Shown one piece after another: positions 27,118 through 38,469 of a stretch of DNA of 64,000 nucleotides; position 1 is the stretch's first letter, and each line of letters begins with the position of its first letter. A program made the translations under genes and the position numbers. The notes beneath the pieces were generated by a model. That model saw only the letters and a list, made by a program, of their open reading frames with translations. It ran no database searches and was not told where the DNA came from. The DNA is from Candidatus Latescibacterota bacterium (lineage in GTDB: Bacteria; Latescibacterota; UBA2968): positions 4,128,001 through 4,192,000 of the forward strand of contig OZ220741.1 in NCBI GenBank assembly GCA_965116885.1. The letters are read 5' to 3'.

Positions 27118-30100
27118 ATGCGCGATATAGATACAACCATTCGCAACTTGATGTCAGAGCGCATTCTGCTGCTCGATGGGGCGATGGCTACGATGCTTCA
27201 GGCTTATGATCTGGACGAGCGAGCGTTTCGAGGCGATGGCTTTGCGGACCATCCCGTTGATCTGAAGGGATGTAGCGATCTCTTGTGCCTGACGCAGCCA
27301 CATTTGATCGCGGATATTCATCGGCGATTTTTGGATGCTGGAGCAGATATTATCGAGACAAATACGTTTAATGCCACGCCGATTTCAATGGCGGAATATC
27401 AGCTTCAGGACCGGGTTTACGACCTCAACGTAGCAGCCGCGCAGGTTGCGCGAAGAGTAGTTGATGAGGTGACAGTGCAAAATCCGGATAAGCCGCGATT
27501 TGTTGCGGGTGCTCTGGGACCAACGAGTTGTACGCTTTCGCTCTCGCCCAATGTGAATGATCCGGCTTTTCGCACGCATACATTTGAAGATGTGGTCAAT
27601 GGGTATTACGCGCAGATCGAGGGTTTGATGGCAGGGGGAGTGGATATAATCCTGGTGGAGACGGTGTTCGATACGCTTACGGCCAAAGCCGCGCTGTTTG
27701 CAGTGTCGCGTTATTTTTCGGATTGCGGTGTAAAAGTGCCCGTGATGATTTCTGGCACAGTAGCCGATCAAAGCGGACGCACATTGTCCGGTCAGACCAT
27801 AGAGGCATTCTGGTTGTCGGTGGCGCACGCGCAGCCCTTGAGTGTGGGGATTAACTGCGCCCTCGGTGCGCGGGAAATGCGGCCCTATGTGGAGGCTTTG
27901 TCGCATTTTGCACCGGCGTTTATGAGTTGTTATCCCAATGCAGGTTTGCCCAATGAGTTTGGGGAATACGACGATACTCCAGGTCATATGGCGGGTGTTT
28001 TGGGCGATTTTGCCGCGCAGGGTTGGCTCAATATCGTGGGCGGATGTTGTGGCACTACCCCCGAATATATCGCTGCGATTGCCGAGGCTGTATCCGATAA
28101 GGCACCGAGAAAAATTCCCGAGCGGCCTTCTGTGTCGCGGTTTAGCGGTTTGGAGCCGATGATTATTTATCCCGACTCCAATTTTATTATGATTGGCGAG
28201 CGCACCAATGTGACGGGGTCGCGGCGGTTTGCGCGGTTGATCAAAACGGGCGATTATGCAGCGGCCCTGGCGGTTGCGCGAGAGCAGGTGGTCGGTGGTG
28301 CGAATATGATCGATGTCAATATGGACGAGGGGTTGCTCGATTCAAAAGATGCTATGGCGACATTTTTAAAGCTGATCGCGGGCGAACCCGATATTGCGCG
28401 CGTGCCAATTGTGATTGACAGTTCCGATTTTGAGGTGATTGAGGCCGGGTTAAAATGTGTGCAAGGGAAGGCGATTGTCAATTCTATCAGTTTGAAAGAG
28501 GGCGAGGCGGTTTTTAAGTCGCAGGCGGAAACCGTCTTGCGCTATGGTGCTGCGGTTGTGGTAATGGCATTTGATGAAAAAGGGCAGGCGACTTCAATTG
28601 AAGATAAGGTGCGGATTTGCCGGCGCGCATATCGCATTTTGACAGAAGATGTGGGGATGGACCCATCGGATATTATTTTTGATCCGAATATTCTGACCGT
28701 TGCAACGGGTATTGAAGAGCATAACGATTATGCAGTCAATTTTATCGAGGCAGTGAAGCAGATCAAAGATCTGTGCCCGGGCGCGAAGACGAGTGGTGGC
28801 GTGAGCAATATTTCATTCTCTTTTCGGGGTAATGATTATGTGCGAGAGGCGATTCACGCGGCTTTCTTGTATCACGCGATTCAGGCGGGGCTGGATATGG
28901 GCATTGTCAATGCCGGACAGTTGATGGTGTATGAGGAAATCCCCGAGAATTTGTGCGTGCTGATTGAAGATGTGTTGTTCAACAGGCGGGAAGATGCAAC
29001 GGAACGGCTGGTGGATTTTGCTGAGTCTGTGCGGTCAGAGGGCAGGAGTCGTGAAAAAGACGATGCATGGCGACAGGGACCGGTTGAAGATCGCTTGAAG
29101 CACGCGCTGTTGCACGGGCAGTCAGAGCATCTTGAAGAGGATTTGGAAGAGGCACTTGGCAGGTACAAACCGCTGGAGATGATTGAAGGTCCATTGATGG
29201 ATGGGATGAATGTGGTGGGCGATTTGTTTGGCGCAGGCAAAATGTTTTTGCCCCAGGTGGTCAAAACAGCGCGCGTGATGAAGCAGGCGGTGGCGTATCT
29301 CGAGCCTTTGATGGAAGATGAGAAGGCAGGCGGTAGAGCACGGGGCAAGGTTCTGATGGCGACGGTGAAGGGCGATGTACACGATATTGGCAAGAATATT
29401 GTGGGCGTGGTTTTGGGGTGCAATAATTACGAGGTTATAGATTTGGGGGTGATGGTGCCCGCAGATCGCATTTTGAAAGTGGCACGAGAAAAAGAGGTCG
29501 ATATTATCGGGCTGAGCGGTTTGATTACACCGTCGCTCAATGAGATGGTCCATGTTGCGGGGGAGATGCAGCGAGAAGCGTTTGACGTGCCCCTTTTAAT
29601 TGGGGGAGCGACCACGAGCCGCAAGCATACGGCGGTGAAAATTGCGCCGGTTTACGATTATGCAACCGTGCATGTGAAGGATGCTTCGCGCGCAACAGGT
29701 GTGGTGGGTACGCTGTTGAACGCAGAGCAGCGCGATGAGTATGTACAGACAAATCGCGAGTCGCAGCAGCGAGCACTGGCAGAGTTCAATATTTCTCAGA
29801 GGCCGCTTATTTCGTACTCGGATGCTCTATCGCGTCACCAGATGTTTGATTGGGCACAGATTGATCTTCCCAGACCCAGTTTTACAGGTGCTCAGGCTTT
29901 GCGCGATTTCCCAATTTCCCAATTGGTCGATTTTATCGACTGGGGACCGTTTTTCCACGCATGGGAACTGCGAGGCAGTTATCCAAAGATATTGAATGAT
30001 CCTCACAAGGGCGCAGAGGCGCGCAAATTGTTCGAGGACGCGCAGGCAATGCTCCAGGTGATTGTCGATGAGGGATGGCTCAAGGCACAGGCTGTGTACG

Positions 30101-30774
30101 GATTTTTCCCTGCAAATACCGATGGCGACGATATTGTCGTGTTTGAAGATGAGTGCAGAGATACCGAGCGGGCGCGGTTGCACATGTTGCGCCAGCAGCA
30201 GGCAAAACGCACGGGAGGACCGCATTTTTCACTGGCGGATTTTGTCGCACCCGTCGGATACGCAGATTATATCGGGGCATTTGCCGTGACGGCCGGATTG
30301 GGCGTTGATGCAAAAGCCGCGGCGTTCAAGCACGCACTGGATGATTACAATGCCATTTTGCTCCAGGCTGTGGCGGACCGCCTGGCTGAGGCGTTTGCCG
30401 AGTTTTTGCACGCGAAGGCACGGCGAGATTGGGGATATGGTCTGGACGAGGCGTTGAGCAATGAGGATTTGATCCGGGAGAGATATCGCGGGATTCGCCC
30501 CGCGCCCGGTTATCCCGCCTGTCCGGATCACACGGAGAAGCAGACTTTGTTTGATTTGCTCGGGGTTGAGCGAGAGACGGAGATTCAGTTGACGGAAAAT
30601 TTTGCGATGTCCCCAGCGGCTTCGGTCAGCGGCTGGTATCTCGCACATCCCGAGGCGCGCTATTTTGCCGTGGGCAAGATCGACGCGGATCAGGTGACCG
30701 ATTACGCACAACGGAAGGGGATGCAGATGGACGAGATGGAACGCTGGCTGGCGCCGAATTTGGGGTATAAGTAG
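27118..30774 (+). CDS. metH: Cobalamin-dependent methionine synthase
   Basis: [36 protein letters not shown]. Confidence 0.98.
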   Translation: MRDIDTTIRNLMSERILLLDGAMATMLQAYDLDERAFRGDGFADHPVDLKGCSDLLCLTQPHLIADIHRRFLDAGADIIETNTFNATPISMAEYQLQDRVYDLNVAAAQVARRVVDEVTVQNPDKPRFVAGALGPTSCTLSLSPNVNDPAFRTHTFEDVVNGYYAQIEGLMAGGVDIILVETVFDTLTAKAALFAVSRYFSDCGVKVPVMISGTVADQSGRTLSGQTIEAFWLSVAHAQPLSVGINCALGAREMRPYVEALSHFAPAFMSCYPNAGLPNEFGEYDDTPGHMAGVLGDFAAQGWLNIVGGCCGTTPEYIAAIAEAVSDKAPRKIPERPSVSRFSGLEPMIIYPDSNFIMIGERTNVTGSRRFARLIKTGDYAAALAVAREQVVGGANMIDVNMDEGLLDSKDAMATFLKLIAGEPDIARVPIVIDSSDFEVIEAGLKCVQGKAIVNSISLKEGEAVFKSQAETVLRYGAAVVVMAFDEKGQATSIEDKVRICRRAYRILTEDVGMDPSDIIFDPNILTVATGIEEHNDYAVNFIEAVKQIKDLCPGAKTSGGVSNISFSFRGNDYVREAIHAAFLYHAIQAGLDMGIVNAGQLMVYEEIPENLCVLIEDVLFNRREDATERLVDFAESVRSEGRSREKDDAWRQGPVEDRLKHALLHGQSEHLEEDLEEALGRYKPLEMIEGPLMDGMNVVGDLFGAGKMFLPQVVKTARVMKQAVAYLEPLMEDEKAGGRARGKVLMATVKGDVHDIGKNIVGVVLGCNNYEVIDLGVMVPADRILKVAREKEVDIIGLSGLITPSLNEMVHVAGEMQREAFDVPLLIGGATTSRKHTAVKIAPVYDYATVHVKDASRATGVVGTLLNAEQRDEYVQTNRESQQRALAEFNISQRPLISYSDALSRHQMFDWAQIDLPRPSFTGAQALRDFPISQLVDFIDWGPFFHAWELRGSYPKILNDPHKGAEARKLFEDAQAMLQVIVDEGWLKAQAVYGFFPANTDGDDIVVFEDECRDTERARLHMLRQQQAKRTGGPHFSLADFVAPVGYADYIGAFAVTAGLGVDAKAAAFKHALDDYNAILLQAVADRLAEAFAEFLHAKARRDWGYGLDEALSNEDLIRERYRGIRPAPGYPACPDHTEKQTLFDLLGVERETEIQLTENFAMSPAASVSGWYLAHPEARYFAVGKIDADQVTDYAQRKGMQMDEMERWLAPNLGYK

Positions 30775-30808
30775 TATCCGCAGATGTACGCAGATAAAAG
30801 ACGAGAGT

Positions 30809-31789
30809 ATGAACAAGGCTTATGTTGAGCGACGCGATGAAGGCTATTGGATTGTAAATACTCGAGTATCCCTGGATACCATCGTTTATGCTTTTCTGGA
30901 TGGACAATCTCCCGAGAGCATTGCCCAATCGCTTCCTGTACTGACACTTGAACAGATATATGGATCTATTGCATTCTATCTTGCTCACCAGCCAGAGGTT
31001 GAGACATATCTTGAGAGAGCGAAAACAGATTTCGAGACAAAGCGAAAAGCGTCTCGGGAATCAGATCCTGTATTTTATCAGAAATTAGCGGATACACGCG
31101 TCGTCTTGGAACAATTTGCAAATGAGTATGACATGAGCAAAAATTCTGATGATTCTGAAAAGGTTAGTTGGTGGACGAATGGCTGGGAAATTTTTGGGAA
31201 ATTTATGGCTATTGTGACTTGTACTGGTGTAATAGTTACAATATATATAAATCTGTCCCCAAGTGGCCCTGATTTAGTAGGGTATGGTTGGCACACAAGC
31301 TTGTATTATCCACCCCAATTTAAGGCAGCGCACGATAGTCTAAAAAATGTAACCACTTCGCACTACCTATATGATTTCATTGAGGAAAGAGACTCTACTA
31401 TATCCCAAGATTCTTTACAACGTATTGTTTCTGAACTCTCAGATTCGATTCAAGCTATCTTTGAGGAAGACTTTGTCTATTATCGAGGCTATGTGGTCAT
31501 CAAAATACGAAACGAAGGAGATAGAGTAGCATCAGATATTGTTCTCGATATTCCACGTCGCGGAATCGCTCTTATTACTCATCCAGACACAGTCCAATAT
31601 GTAACTCGGGTAGATAGAAATGTGTCCTTGAATAACCTCAGACCAGGCAATATTGTTGAAGTGCAGATCTGGACAGAGCGTCATATATTTACATCGGACG
31701 AAGGCACTCTCCAGATCACATACGATAGAGGGGTCGGGAGTATCTCCTTTAGCAAAGAATTTTCAGGAATGTGGAGAATCTATCGCTGA
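30809..31789 (+). CDS. DUF433 antitoxin-like domain fused in frame to an unrelated TM-anchored domain
   Basis: TRVSLDTIV...GQSPESIAQSLPVLTLEQIYGSIAFY (DUF433); second half starts near MSKNS (ATG 31133) with a TM helix. Confidence 0.75.
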   Translation: MNKAYVERRDEGYWIVNTRVSLDTIVYAFLDGQSPESIAQSLPVLTLEQIYGSIAFYLAHQPEVETYLERAKTDFETKRKASRESDPVFYQKLADTRVVLEQFANEYDMSKNSDDSEKVSWWTNGWEIFGKFMAIVTCTGVIVTIYINLSPSGPDLVGYGWHTSLYYPPQFKAAHDSLKNVTTSHYLYDFIEERDSTISQDSLQRIVSELSDSIQAIFEEDFVYYRGYVVIKIRNEGDRVASDIVLDIPRRGIALITHPDTVQYVTRVDRNVSLNNLRPGNIVEVQIWTERHIFTSDEGTLQITYDRGVGSISFSKEFSGMWRIYR

Positions 31790-31995
31790 CTAGCTCGAAT
31801 ACATCATTTTTCTGGCTGCTTTGTCCTTGTGTGGATTTACTGGTTTACGGGCTAAATAACATAGCGTAAAGCAGGACTAACAAAGGACCTGAAGAGATGC
31901 AAAGACAGGCGGAAACACTACAGATACAAAAGCGTAAAGAGAATTAATAGGGAGGAGTTAGACAGGCTTCTTGCCTAAAGCAAAGGAAATGAATC

Positions 31996-34900
31996 ATGGG
32001 TAAATTTATCCGGATGGGTGTCGATTATCTTGGCTTTCTGTCTAAGCAGCTTGGCGACCTTCGTGGTATAACAACGCTAGCACACGAGCTTATCCAAAAT
32101 GCGGATGATGCGAAGGATGAATCAGGGGCGCTCTCTGCGACACGGATCACTTTTGATATCAATGACGATGCCCTGATTGTTAGTAATGATGCAGTCTTTA
32201 GAGAAATTGATTTTGAACGGATGCAAAATGTAGCCAGTGGTTCAAAACGCAGCGAATCTGGAGTTCGTACTACTGGGGCATTCGGAATTGGCTTTATCTC
32301 TGTATATCAAGTTACGGATAGACCAGAGATACACTCAGCAGGCCGTCGTTGGATCCTCCGTCCTGAAGCAGAAGAAGGCCGACGGATAGAAGAGTATAGC
32401 GATTCTTTGATCACTAAAGATAATGGCACTGTTTTCCGACTTCCTTGGGCTTTTGGGGAATCCGAGGTACGCACAAAACTAAAAGTTCCTCCGGTTGATA
32501 AAGATGCCCCTGATCTGTTTGTTAAGGAATTGAAGAACTCGTTGCCCAAAGCGATTTTATTCCTGAAGAAGCTTGAAAAGATTGAGTTATTTCGAAACGG
32601 CAAACGTGTCATTCAAGTTACAAAAATTAAAAAAGAGAATGTAGTCGAAGTTAATTGTGATGGTGTAAGCCAAAACTGGCGGGTTATGCAGGGAACCTTC
32701 CAAAATGAAGCCCTGGAACTAAAGAAGAAATTCCAATCGTATATTGAGGACAATCGCGAGGCCCAGGTTCAAATTGCTATCCCCGATACACTTCTCGCTG
32801 ATGGATTGCTATTTGCAACATTGCCAACTGAACAATCAACAGGACTACCGTTTCACATAGACGCAGATTTTTTCCCTACTTCTGATAGGAAATCCATTGC
32901 ATTTGAAGACATTAACATTATTGACCACCGATCTGAATGGAACCGTATGGCAATACGGGAAGCCGCATCCGTAATTGAAGCTAATCTGATTCCACTGCGA
33001 AATATGTTCAAAAATGATGCTTCAACATTTTGGGCTATCTTGAACAGTCTAAACCGCATATACCAAGAATACACAAACGACACACAGAAGCCGTTTGCTA
33101 CGTTTTGGAAGGTATTGCATCCATTGCTAAAAGCTTCACAAATCGTTTACACCGAATCAGAAAAATGGCTTACTCCTGACGAGACCCGCATTCCAACAGG
33201 TGAGAAAGAAGAAGAGGCTATCCCTATATTCAAAGCTCTAAACATTGAGATAGTCCATCAAGACCTAAAGAGATATCGCAATATACTGAGAAGCAATGGC
33301 GTAGGTGTGCTGAGAGTCAACGATATTTTTGAATCACTCCAGCACGAAGGATTGACCAAACATCCCAAGTGCGTTCCTTCAGACTTCCAGACTCCTGAGC
33401 AATTGGAACTGCTATGTAGAGGAATTTACGGGATACTTGAAAACACTCAGGGAGAATCAGCAAAGGAAGAAGCTAAAAAATTGTTGCGCCATTGCGCATT
33501 GGCTCCGGGGCTTGACGGACACCTCTGGCCATGTGGTTCAGTTTATCAAGCTGATGAGCACACCCTTAAAATCTTCGCTAATCTGATACCCGCCGATGTC
33601 TCGTTCTTAGCCGTAGAGGGGATACCTTTATTCAAAGAACTCTGTCCTCAATTCAAGGCCGGAAATGCTATTAAAGAGTTAGAGCGTCTGGAGACTGTGA
33701 AACTTCAGAGAGCTTGGAGAGACGACCATTTCGATCCTTCTACTGTGCTTAAATGGTTCGATAGCTATAAGAAAGAGCTATCCGAAAATGAAGAATTACC
33801 CAAAAGACTCGCAAAAATCCCCTTATTCCCATCCGCAGAAAGGCTATGTTCATTGGAAAATTTGTATCTACAGGGAGGATTCTCTGACCCAATAGGAGAA
33901 GCCGATCTTGTGGATATGAGACAACTCAAAGGGCTTTCAGATTTCCTGAAATTTTTGGGTGCCAAAGAACTCACATTCATAAACTATGCAGAACGCTACA
34001 TTCCAAGAGCGTTTGATGCTAATAAGGATACAAGTTTGGAAGCTAAATGCAAGCTTCTGGATATTTTGGCAACCCGCATCGGTGAGGTTCGGGAGAATGA
34101 CTGGCTACGGAATAAGCTCACTGAAGCAAACATCGTTGAATGTACAGACGGTGAGTTTCATCAACCAGAGCAAGTTTACTTCCCTCGCAAAGAAGTCAGA
34201 GCAATCTTTGAGGATTTTGTTCATTATGCCTGCCTTACCAAAAAATCGGAGAGCAGGAAGGACCTCTATCGCTGGCTGGGTATCGCAAGTCGCCCTCGCC
34301 CCTATGACGTATTGCGATTTATCGACAAATTAACGAACAAGCCACCTAATCAAAGCTCCATACAGGTAATAAAGAGAGTCTTGAAGGCTGTAGGGAACGC
34401 CTGGGATAGAATACCTGAAGATGAGAAGCAATCCTATGATCCTCTGAAAAATAAGAAATGGCTCTTGGCCGATGAATCAACTAAAAAATGGTACTGCCCC
34501 AACCAACTATACGCCGCTTACAATAAGAGCCTTTTCGAATCACAGGCGAAGTTTATTGATCTAACCGTACCAATACAGCAAAAAATCCGAGATTTCCTCG
34601 AATACCTGGGAGTCAATCTTAGACCACAGCCCTCTCAAGTGGCTCAACACCTACTCAAGTGCTCCAAACTTGATAGAGAACCCCCGAAAGGCATTTATCA
34701 GTGGCTGAACAATAGTGAGCAATCCCAGGACATCTATAAGTTAAAGAATTTCGCCTGTCTTCGTATCCAAGGTAAATATCTCCGTCCGGACCAAGTCTTC
34801 TGGGGACAGCATTATTTTGGCAGATTCCGCGTCCAATTGGGGACGGACTTTCTATCATATCAGAATCTACTCCAAACACTTGGTATCAAGGAGTCACCCG

Positions 34901-36666
34901 ATTATAGTGATGCATTTGAAGTATTGAAGGACATCTCAACAGCAATAGGCAATAATCGATTGAAGCCAGAGGACAAAACCGTTGTAACCCATTGCTGGAT
35001 CATGCTAACCGAGGCACTCCAAAGCGAACAACTCGATTCAGCAAGCATACAAACTGAATTACATAGTATCCAATGTGTGCCAAATCTTGACAATATATTG
35101 TACCTGCCGTCCAGAATATTCTTTGAAGACCGTCCTCGCCTCGCAGACAAATTCTCTGAACCACTCGAAAAACATACGATTCCACGTAAAGAAGGCATTT
35201 TGCAGGCACTAGAAGCTGCCGGAGTTAGGCCAATCTCAGATATAGTAAGAGGATTTATAGATGAATCTGTAAACTCGCAGGAAGACGAGATGCTGAAGAC
35301 ACGAGTCATAGAGCGTACTGATCTCATTAGAACTATCTCAAATGATACGGTCCAACTTGACAGTATCCGCTTTCTACGCACGAATCAACTCAAGGTAAAA
35401 TGGTCTCTTAAGGACTTTATCCACGACTGGCCGCCTACTTCACCTGAACCGGTCGAGGCCCATTTGGATGGAGATGAGCAGGCTATCTATTTTGTTTTAC
35501 GAAATGGTAATATTCGCCCATGGCCAGCTATTGCCCGTGAATTAACTCAGTTAATCGCTCCAAGGAAGGAAATTGGGGCCATTTCCCCTGGACTTAAGAT
35601 AATTCTGGAAGCATCTACCTACGAAGATGCGGTAGAGCAACTCAATGATTTGGGCATAGCTCTTACTGAAGAACTGAGAAATCTGGCAAAAACAGGAAGA
35701 GTTGCAAAAACATTTGACGAGAAACCTTCCAGTGAAAATCAGGAATTATCCGATTCTTCACAGAATGGAGTAATGTCAAGTAGCGGCATTGAAAAGACTC
35801 ATCAGAATGAATTGGAAGACGAAGATGATGTAAGCGGCCATACATCCGATACTACGTCCAATCCGACTATCTCAGACAGCAATGGTACGGAATATAGCAC
35901 AGAGAATAATAATGAAAAATCAGATGGTATTGATAGAAATGGTCACACCAAAGGAGAACAGGAAGAGAATACCGAAGATGATGTTAAAGATGGCAAAACT
36001 ACGATGACTCGTGATCCGAAAAGCGGACAAACTACAGATAATGTTAAGGATCAGAACAACAGTAATGGTACGAGTCAGAAGGAATCAAATCGTTCAAACG
36101 GACTGAACAGACCGAGACCCGAAACAGGTCGGGCGGCAGAGGATTGGCTCGAAAAAAGGCTCGAACAAGTGTTCCCAAACTGTGTACAACGACATATTAG
36201 AGATAAAGCAAATAGAGAAAGTGATTTTGTTGTTTTATCCGGTAGCTGCAAGTTTCATATAGAGGTCAAACATGTGGCAAATTGGCCAGGAACATTTTAT
36301 TGGTCCGAACTCGAATGTGAAAAAGCTCAACTCCTCGAAGAGAGTAATGATGAATATATTATGGCAATCCTTTCTCCCAACGGAGGCAGAGAGTATAAAA
36401 TACATTGGATCTGGCATCCACTCGATGAATTGAAAAGCGCATCTCGAGAGGTCCAATGGACAGGTAACAGCGATTATGAACTGGTGGACGCCGATTCTTG
36501 GGATGTCGAGACACGGAGACCTGACGAAGTTCCCACAAAACGACACAGATTTCGTATCAAGCTGGACGGCGAAGCCGTCAAGGGATTTGAGGAAGACACG
36601 GGGGGGCTTGAGGCATTGTGCAGAAAGATTGATAGTGTGAATGCTGAGATGGGAATAGAGTCATAA
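31996..36666 (+). CDS. Sacsin-like GHKL ATPase with C-terminal DUF3883/NOV-type PD-(D/E)xK nuclease
   Basis: ELIQNADDA, GAFGIGFISVYQVTDRPEIHS, GTVFRLP, TGLPFHIDADF; C-terminal GRAAE...SDF...IEVK...WSELE. Confidence 0.85.
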   Translation: MGKFIRMGVDYLGFLSKQLGDLRGITTLAHELIQNADDAKDESGALSATRITFDINDDALIVSNDAVFREIDFERMQNVASGSKRSESGVRTTGAFGIGFISVYQVTDRPEIHSAGRRWILRPEAEEGRRIEEYSDSLITKDNGTVFRLPWAFGESEVRTKLKVPPVDKDAPDLFVKELKNSLPKAILFLKKLEKIELFRNGKRVIQVTKIKKENVVEVNCDGVSQNWRVMQGTFQNEALELKKKFQSYIEDNREAQVQIAIPDTLLADGLLFATLPTEQSTGLPFHIDADFFPTSDRKSIAFEDINIIDHRSEWNRMAIREAASVIEANLIPLRNMFKNDASTFWAILNSLNRIYQEYTNDTQKPFATFWKVLHPLLKASQIVYTESEKWLTPDETRIPTGEKEEEAIPIFKALNIEIVHQDLKRYRNILRSNGVGVLRVNDIFESLQHEGLTKHPKCVPSDFQTPEQLELLCRGIYGILENTQGESAKEEAKKLLRHCALAPGLDGHLWPCGSVYQADEHTLKIFANLIPADVSFLAVEGIPLFKELCPQFKAGNAIKELERLETVKLQRAWRDDHFDPSTVLKWFDSYKKELSENEELPKRLAKIPLFPSAERLCSLENLYLQGGFSDPIGEADLVDMRQLKGLSDFLKFLGAKELTFINYAERYIPRAFDANKDTSLEAKCKLLDILATRIGEVRENDWLRNKLTEANIVECTDGEFHQPEQVYFPRKEVRAIFEDFVHYACLTKKSESRKDLYRWLGIASRPRPYDVLRFIDKLTNKPPNQSSIQVIKRVLKAVGNAWDRIPEDEKQSYDPLKNKKWLLADESTKKWYCPNQLYAAYNKSLFESQAKFIDLTVPIQQKIRDFLEYLGVNLRPQPSQVAQHLLKCSKLDREPPKGIYQWLNNSEQSQDIYKLKNFACLRIQGKYLRPDQVFWGQHYFGRFRVQLGTDFLSYQNLLQTLGIKESPDYSDAFEVLKDISTAIGNNRLKPEDKTVVTHCWIMLTEALQSEQLDSASIQTELHSIQCVPNLDNILYLPSRIFFEDRPRLADKFSEPLEKHTIPRKEGILQALEAAGVRPISDIVRGFIDESVNSQEDEMLKTRVIERTDLIRTISNDTVQLDSIRFLRTNQLKVKWSLKDFIHDWPPTSPEPVEAHLDGDEQAIYFVLRNGNIRPWPAIARELTQLIAPRKEIGAISPGLKIILEASTYEDAVEQLNDLGIALTEELRNLAKTGRVAKTFDEKPSSENQELSDSSQNGVMSSSGIEKTHQNELEDEDDVSGHTSDTTSNPTISDSNGTEYSTENNNEKSDGIDRNGHTKGEQEENTEDDVKDGKTTMTRDPKSGQTTDNVKDQNNSNGTSQKESNRSNGLNRPRPETGRAAEDWLEKRLEQVFPNCVQRHIRDKANRESDFVVLSGSCKFHIEVKHVANWPGTFYWSELECEKAQLLEESNDEYIMAILSPNGGREYKIHWIWHPLDELKSASREVQWTGNSDYELVDADSWDVETRRPDEVPTKRHRFRIKLDGEAVKGFEEDTGGLEALCRKIDSVNAEMGIES

Positions 36667-36692
36667 CTCTATCGACTAATGAGGTCCAATAT

Positions 36693-36793
36693 GAGCCGAA
36701 ACTCTTAGGCGGAGATAATGGCCACCAGATTGTCGATCTTTGATGTCCTTCAACTTGAAAGCACGCGGTAGAGATATTCGCAGTTCAACCGGT
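36693..36793 (-). pseudogene. Decayed HI1420-like addiction-module antidote (HTH) fragment, copy A
   Basis: Minus frame reads LNCEYLYRVLSS*RTSKIDNLVAIISA*EFRL; 60/77 nt identical to copy B. Confidence 0.65.
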
Positions 36794-36802
36794 CCTTAGA
36801 AG

Positions 36803-37630
36803 TCAATACTCATTTTCTGCCATAGCTTCTTCTAAATCAGGAATGTCAGGCACAAGCAAAGTCAAAAACTTCCCGTTGTATCCTAACTCGATAACTGATT
36901 CTGTAGCTCCAATCTCAAAGGGTAAATCATCAAACCACTCGTCGAGTGATATGGGGCAGGCATCTTCTTCTTTGCGACCATTGATATAATCATAGGTAAG
37001 GGTGGTTCCTTTTACCGGTTTTTTACTGAGAAAATCCTGTTTATACGTTTCTTTCATACGGTTAGAACGCTGTTCATACTCAATGAGTCCTTCCTCATTA
37101 CAAACCACAAGTGTACAGGCAAGATCTGTAAGTTCTATAAAACGTAGCACAGCGGCATATGACGAAATACCAAAATGCTCAGATAATTCCAATATAGTTT
37201 CCTTCGTATATTCCTTATACCTCATCGCGGTCTGAAATGCTTTCTTGGGAGCTAAGAAACAAATGGCAAAGTAGTCGGCTTCTCGTTCAATTCGCTCTTT
37301 CGACTGAAATTCGCACTTGGATCGATGCAGTCCTGCTGTTTCCAACATTCGCCTGTGCTCCGGAATATTAATGTGTCCCAACTCATGGGAGAGTGTAAAC
37401 CTGTGGAATTTGTTGCTCCAGAAATGGTCACTATTAAATCCAATCAGATAGTTGCCACCTCCCAATGCTTTGGAAAATCCAGAAAAATCATCTCCGAATG
37501 ATTTCTCCAGGTAGCGATATTCAGATTTCTGAATCTGATCAACAATATCTTCGATAACCTCGTTATCACCAATTGCCATGTTTTCCCGAAGTTGGGCCGC
37601 ATGTGCTGCTATTGATTGTCGCAAATTCAT
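36803..37630 (-). CDS. ImmA/IrrE family metallopeptidase (CapP-like)
   Basis: RFTLSHELGH (HExxH), EREADYFA..LAP, LSEHFGIS. Confidence 0.9.
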   Translation of the reverse strand: MNLRQSIAAHAAQLRENMAIGDNEVIEDIVDQIQKSEYRYLEKSFGDDFSGFSKALGGGNYLIGFNSDHFWSNKFHRFTLSHELGHINIPEHRRMLETAGLHRSKCEFQSKERIEREADYFAICFLAPKKAFQTAMRYKEYTKETILELSEHFGISSYAAVLRFIELTDLACTLVVCNEEGLIEYEQRSNRMKETYKQDFLSKKPVKGTTLTYDYINGRKEEDACPISLDEWFDDLPFEIGATESVIELGYNGKFLTLLVPDIPDLEEAMAENEY

Positions 37631-37956
37631 CTTATACCTCTTTTTCTAACCTGTTCGTTCTGCTTTAGTATTACTACATATTCATTAATCTTATTAAGTG
37701 TGTCAGGCGATAAATCCCGTATATTTCGCATTAACAACGTTTTTTCAAACTCTCCTTTATCTTGTCCAGCTAGATCCACTTCGAGTATATTTAAAATCTG
37801 AGCAAACTTGCGAATATTGGCTGGCGTTGGCATTCTTAGACCTTTCTCAAACTGGGAAATCGAAGCCTGAGTCAGCCCTATAGCCCTTGCCAATTCTACT
37901 TGGCTCATACCCTTGTTTATCCGTGCCCTCCTGAGTCGTTCTCCAAATTCTGACAT
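37627..37956 (-). CDS. XRE-family HTH regulator (CapH-like)
   Basis: FGERLRRAR..GMSQVELARAIGLTQASISQFEKG; ATGA overlap with the peptidase gene. Confidence 0.92.
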   Translation of the reverse strand: MSEFGERLRRARINKGMSQVELARAIGLTQASISQFEKGLRMPTPANIRKFAQILNILEVDLAGQDKGEFEKTLLMRNIRDLSPDTLNKINEYVVILKQNEQVRKRGIR

Positions 37957-37973
37957 GACTTTTCTCCTTTTTC

Positions 37974-38056
37974 TTGACGAAATAAATTTATGTGTTATAT
38001 TATAGCACCATCTTATGAAAATTCAAGGGTCAATTCACAACCCATTGTCTTGAAAT
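37974..38056. promoter_or_regulatory. Overlapping divergent promoters with candidate operator palindromes
   Basis: Plus strand TTGACG-16-TATATT; minus strand TTGAAT-16-TATAAT with TG; ATAAATTTAT palindrome; TTCAAG...CTTGAA inverted repeat. Confidence 0.55.
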
Positions 38057-38072
38057 TGAAAGGAGTTGCCTC

Positions 38073-38465
38073 ATGGCTCGCATATTCATCAGTTTCGCGA
38101 TAGAAGACCGAATCCTACGGGATTTTCTCGTTGGTCAGAAACGGAATACACGTAGCCCCATTGTTTTCACTGATTATTCTGTGAAAGAACCGTGGTCATC
38201 AAGATGGAAGACGAATTGTCGCCAAAGAATAAGATCCTGCGCTGGAGTGATAGGAATTATTACAAAACATACATCAAAAGCAGATGGACAATTGTGGGAG
38301 TTGAAGTGTGCGATTGAAGAAAATGTGCCCTCAATTCTCATTCATGGATACAGGGCACCTCAAAAAAGACTATCTATACTCCCCTCAATCATCAGAGGTC
38401 GTCGCGTCAATATCTGGACTGAAGATAACATTGTCAACTTTCTTAACAAGTTCTCAGGGAGATGA
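38073..38465 (+). CDS. TIR domain protein (ThsB/MTH538-like)
   Basis: RIFISF, DYSVKEPW, RIRSC, LWELKCA (catalytic Glu); AAGGAG RBS. Confidence 0.88.
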   Translation: MARIFISFAIEDRILRDFLVGQKRNTRSPIVFTDYSVKEPWSSRWKTNCRQRIRSCAGVIGIITKHTSKADGQLWELKCAIEENVPSILIHGYRAPQKRLSILPSIIRGRRVNIWTEDNIVNFLNKFSGR

Positions 38466-38469
38466 TACG

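Noticed and set aside
31870..31965. Possible integron attC site (GACTAAC...GTTAGAC)
   Set aside because: Imperfect core match, the interior is not palindromic, and there is no integrase or repeated attC
36803..37956. Prophage or ICE immunity region (ImmR/ImmA)
   Set aside because: No phage, conjugation or integrase genes nearby; the divergent target is a defence operon
38308..38469. N-terminal extension of the caspase as listed in the ORF track
   Set aside because: It overlaps the TIR gene; the family-typical start is MKKALIVG at 38470. Similar over-extensions were trimmed for mutL, cytochrome b, DUF362, UPF0175 and others
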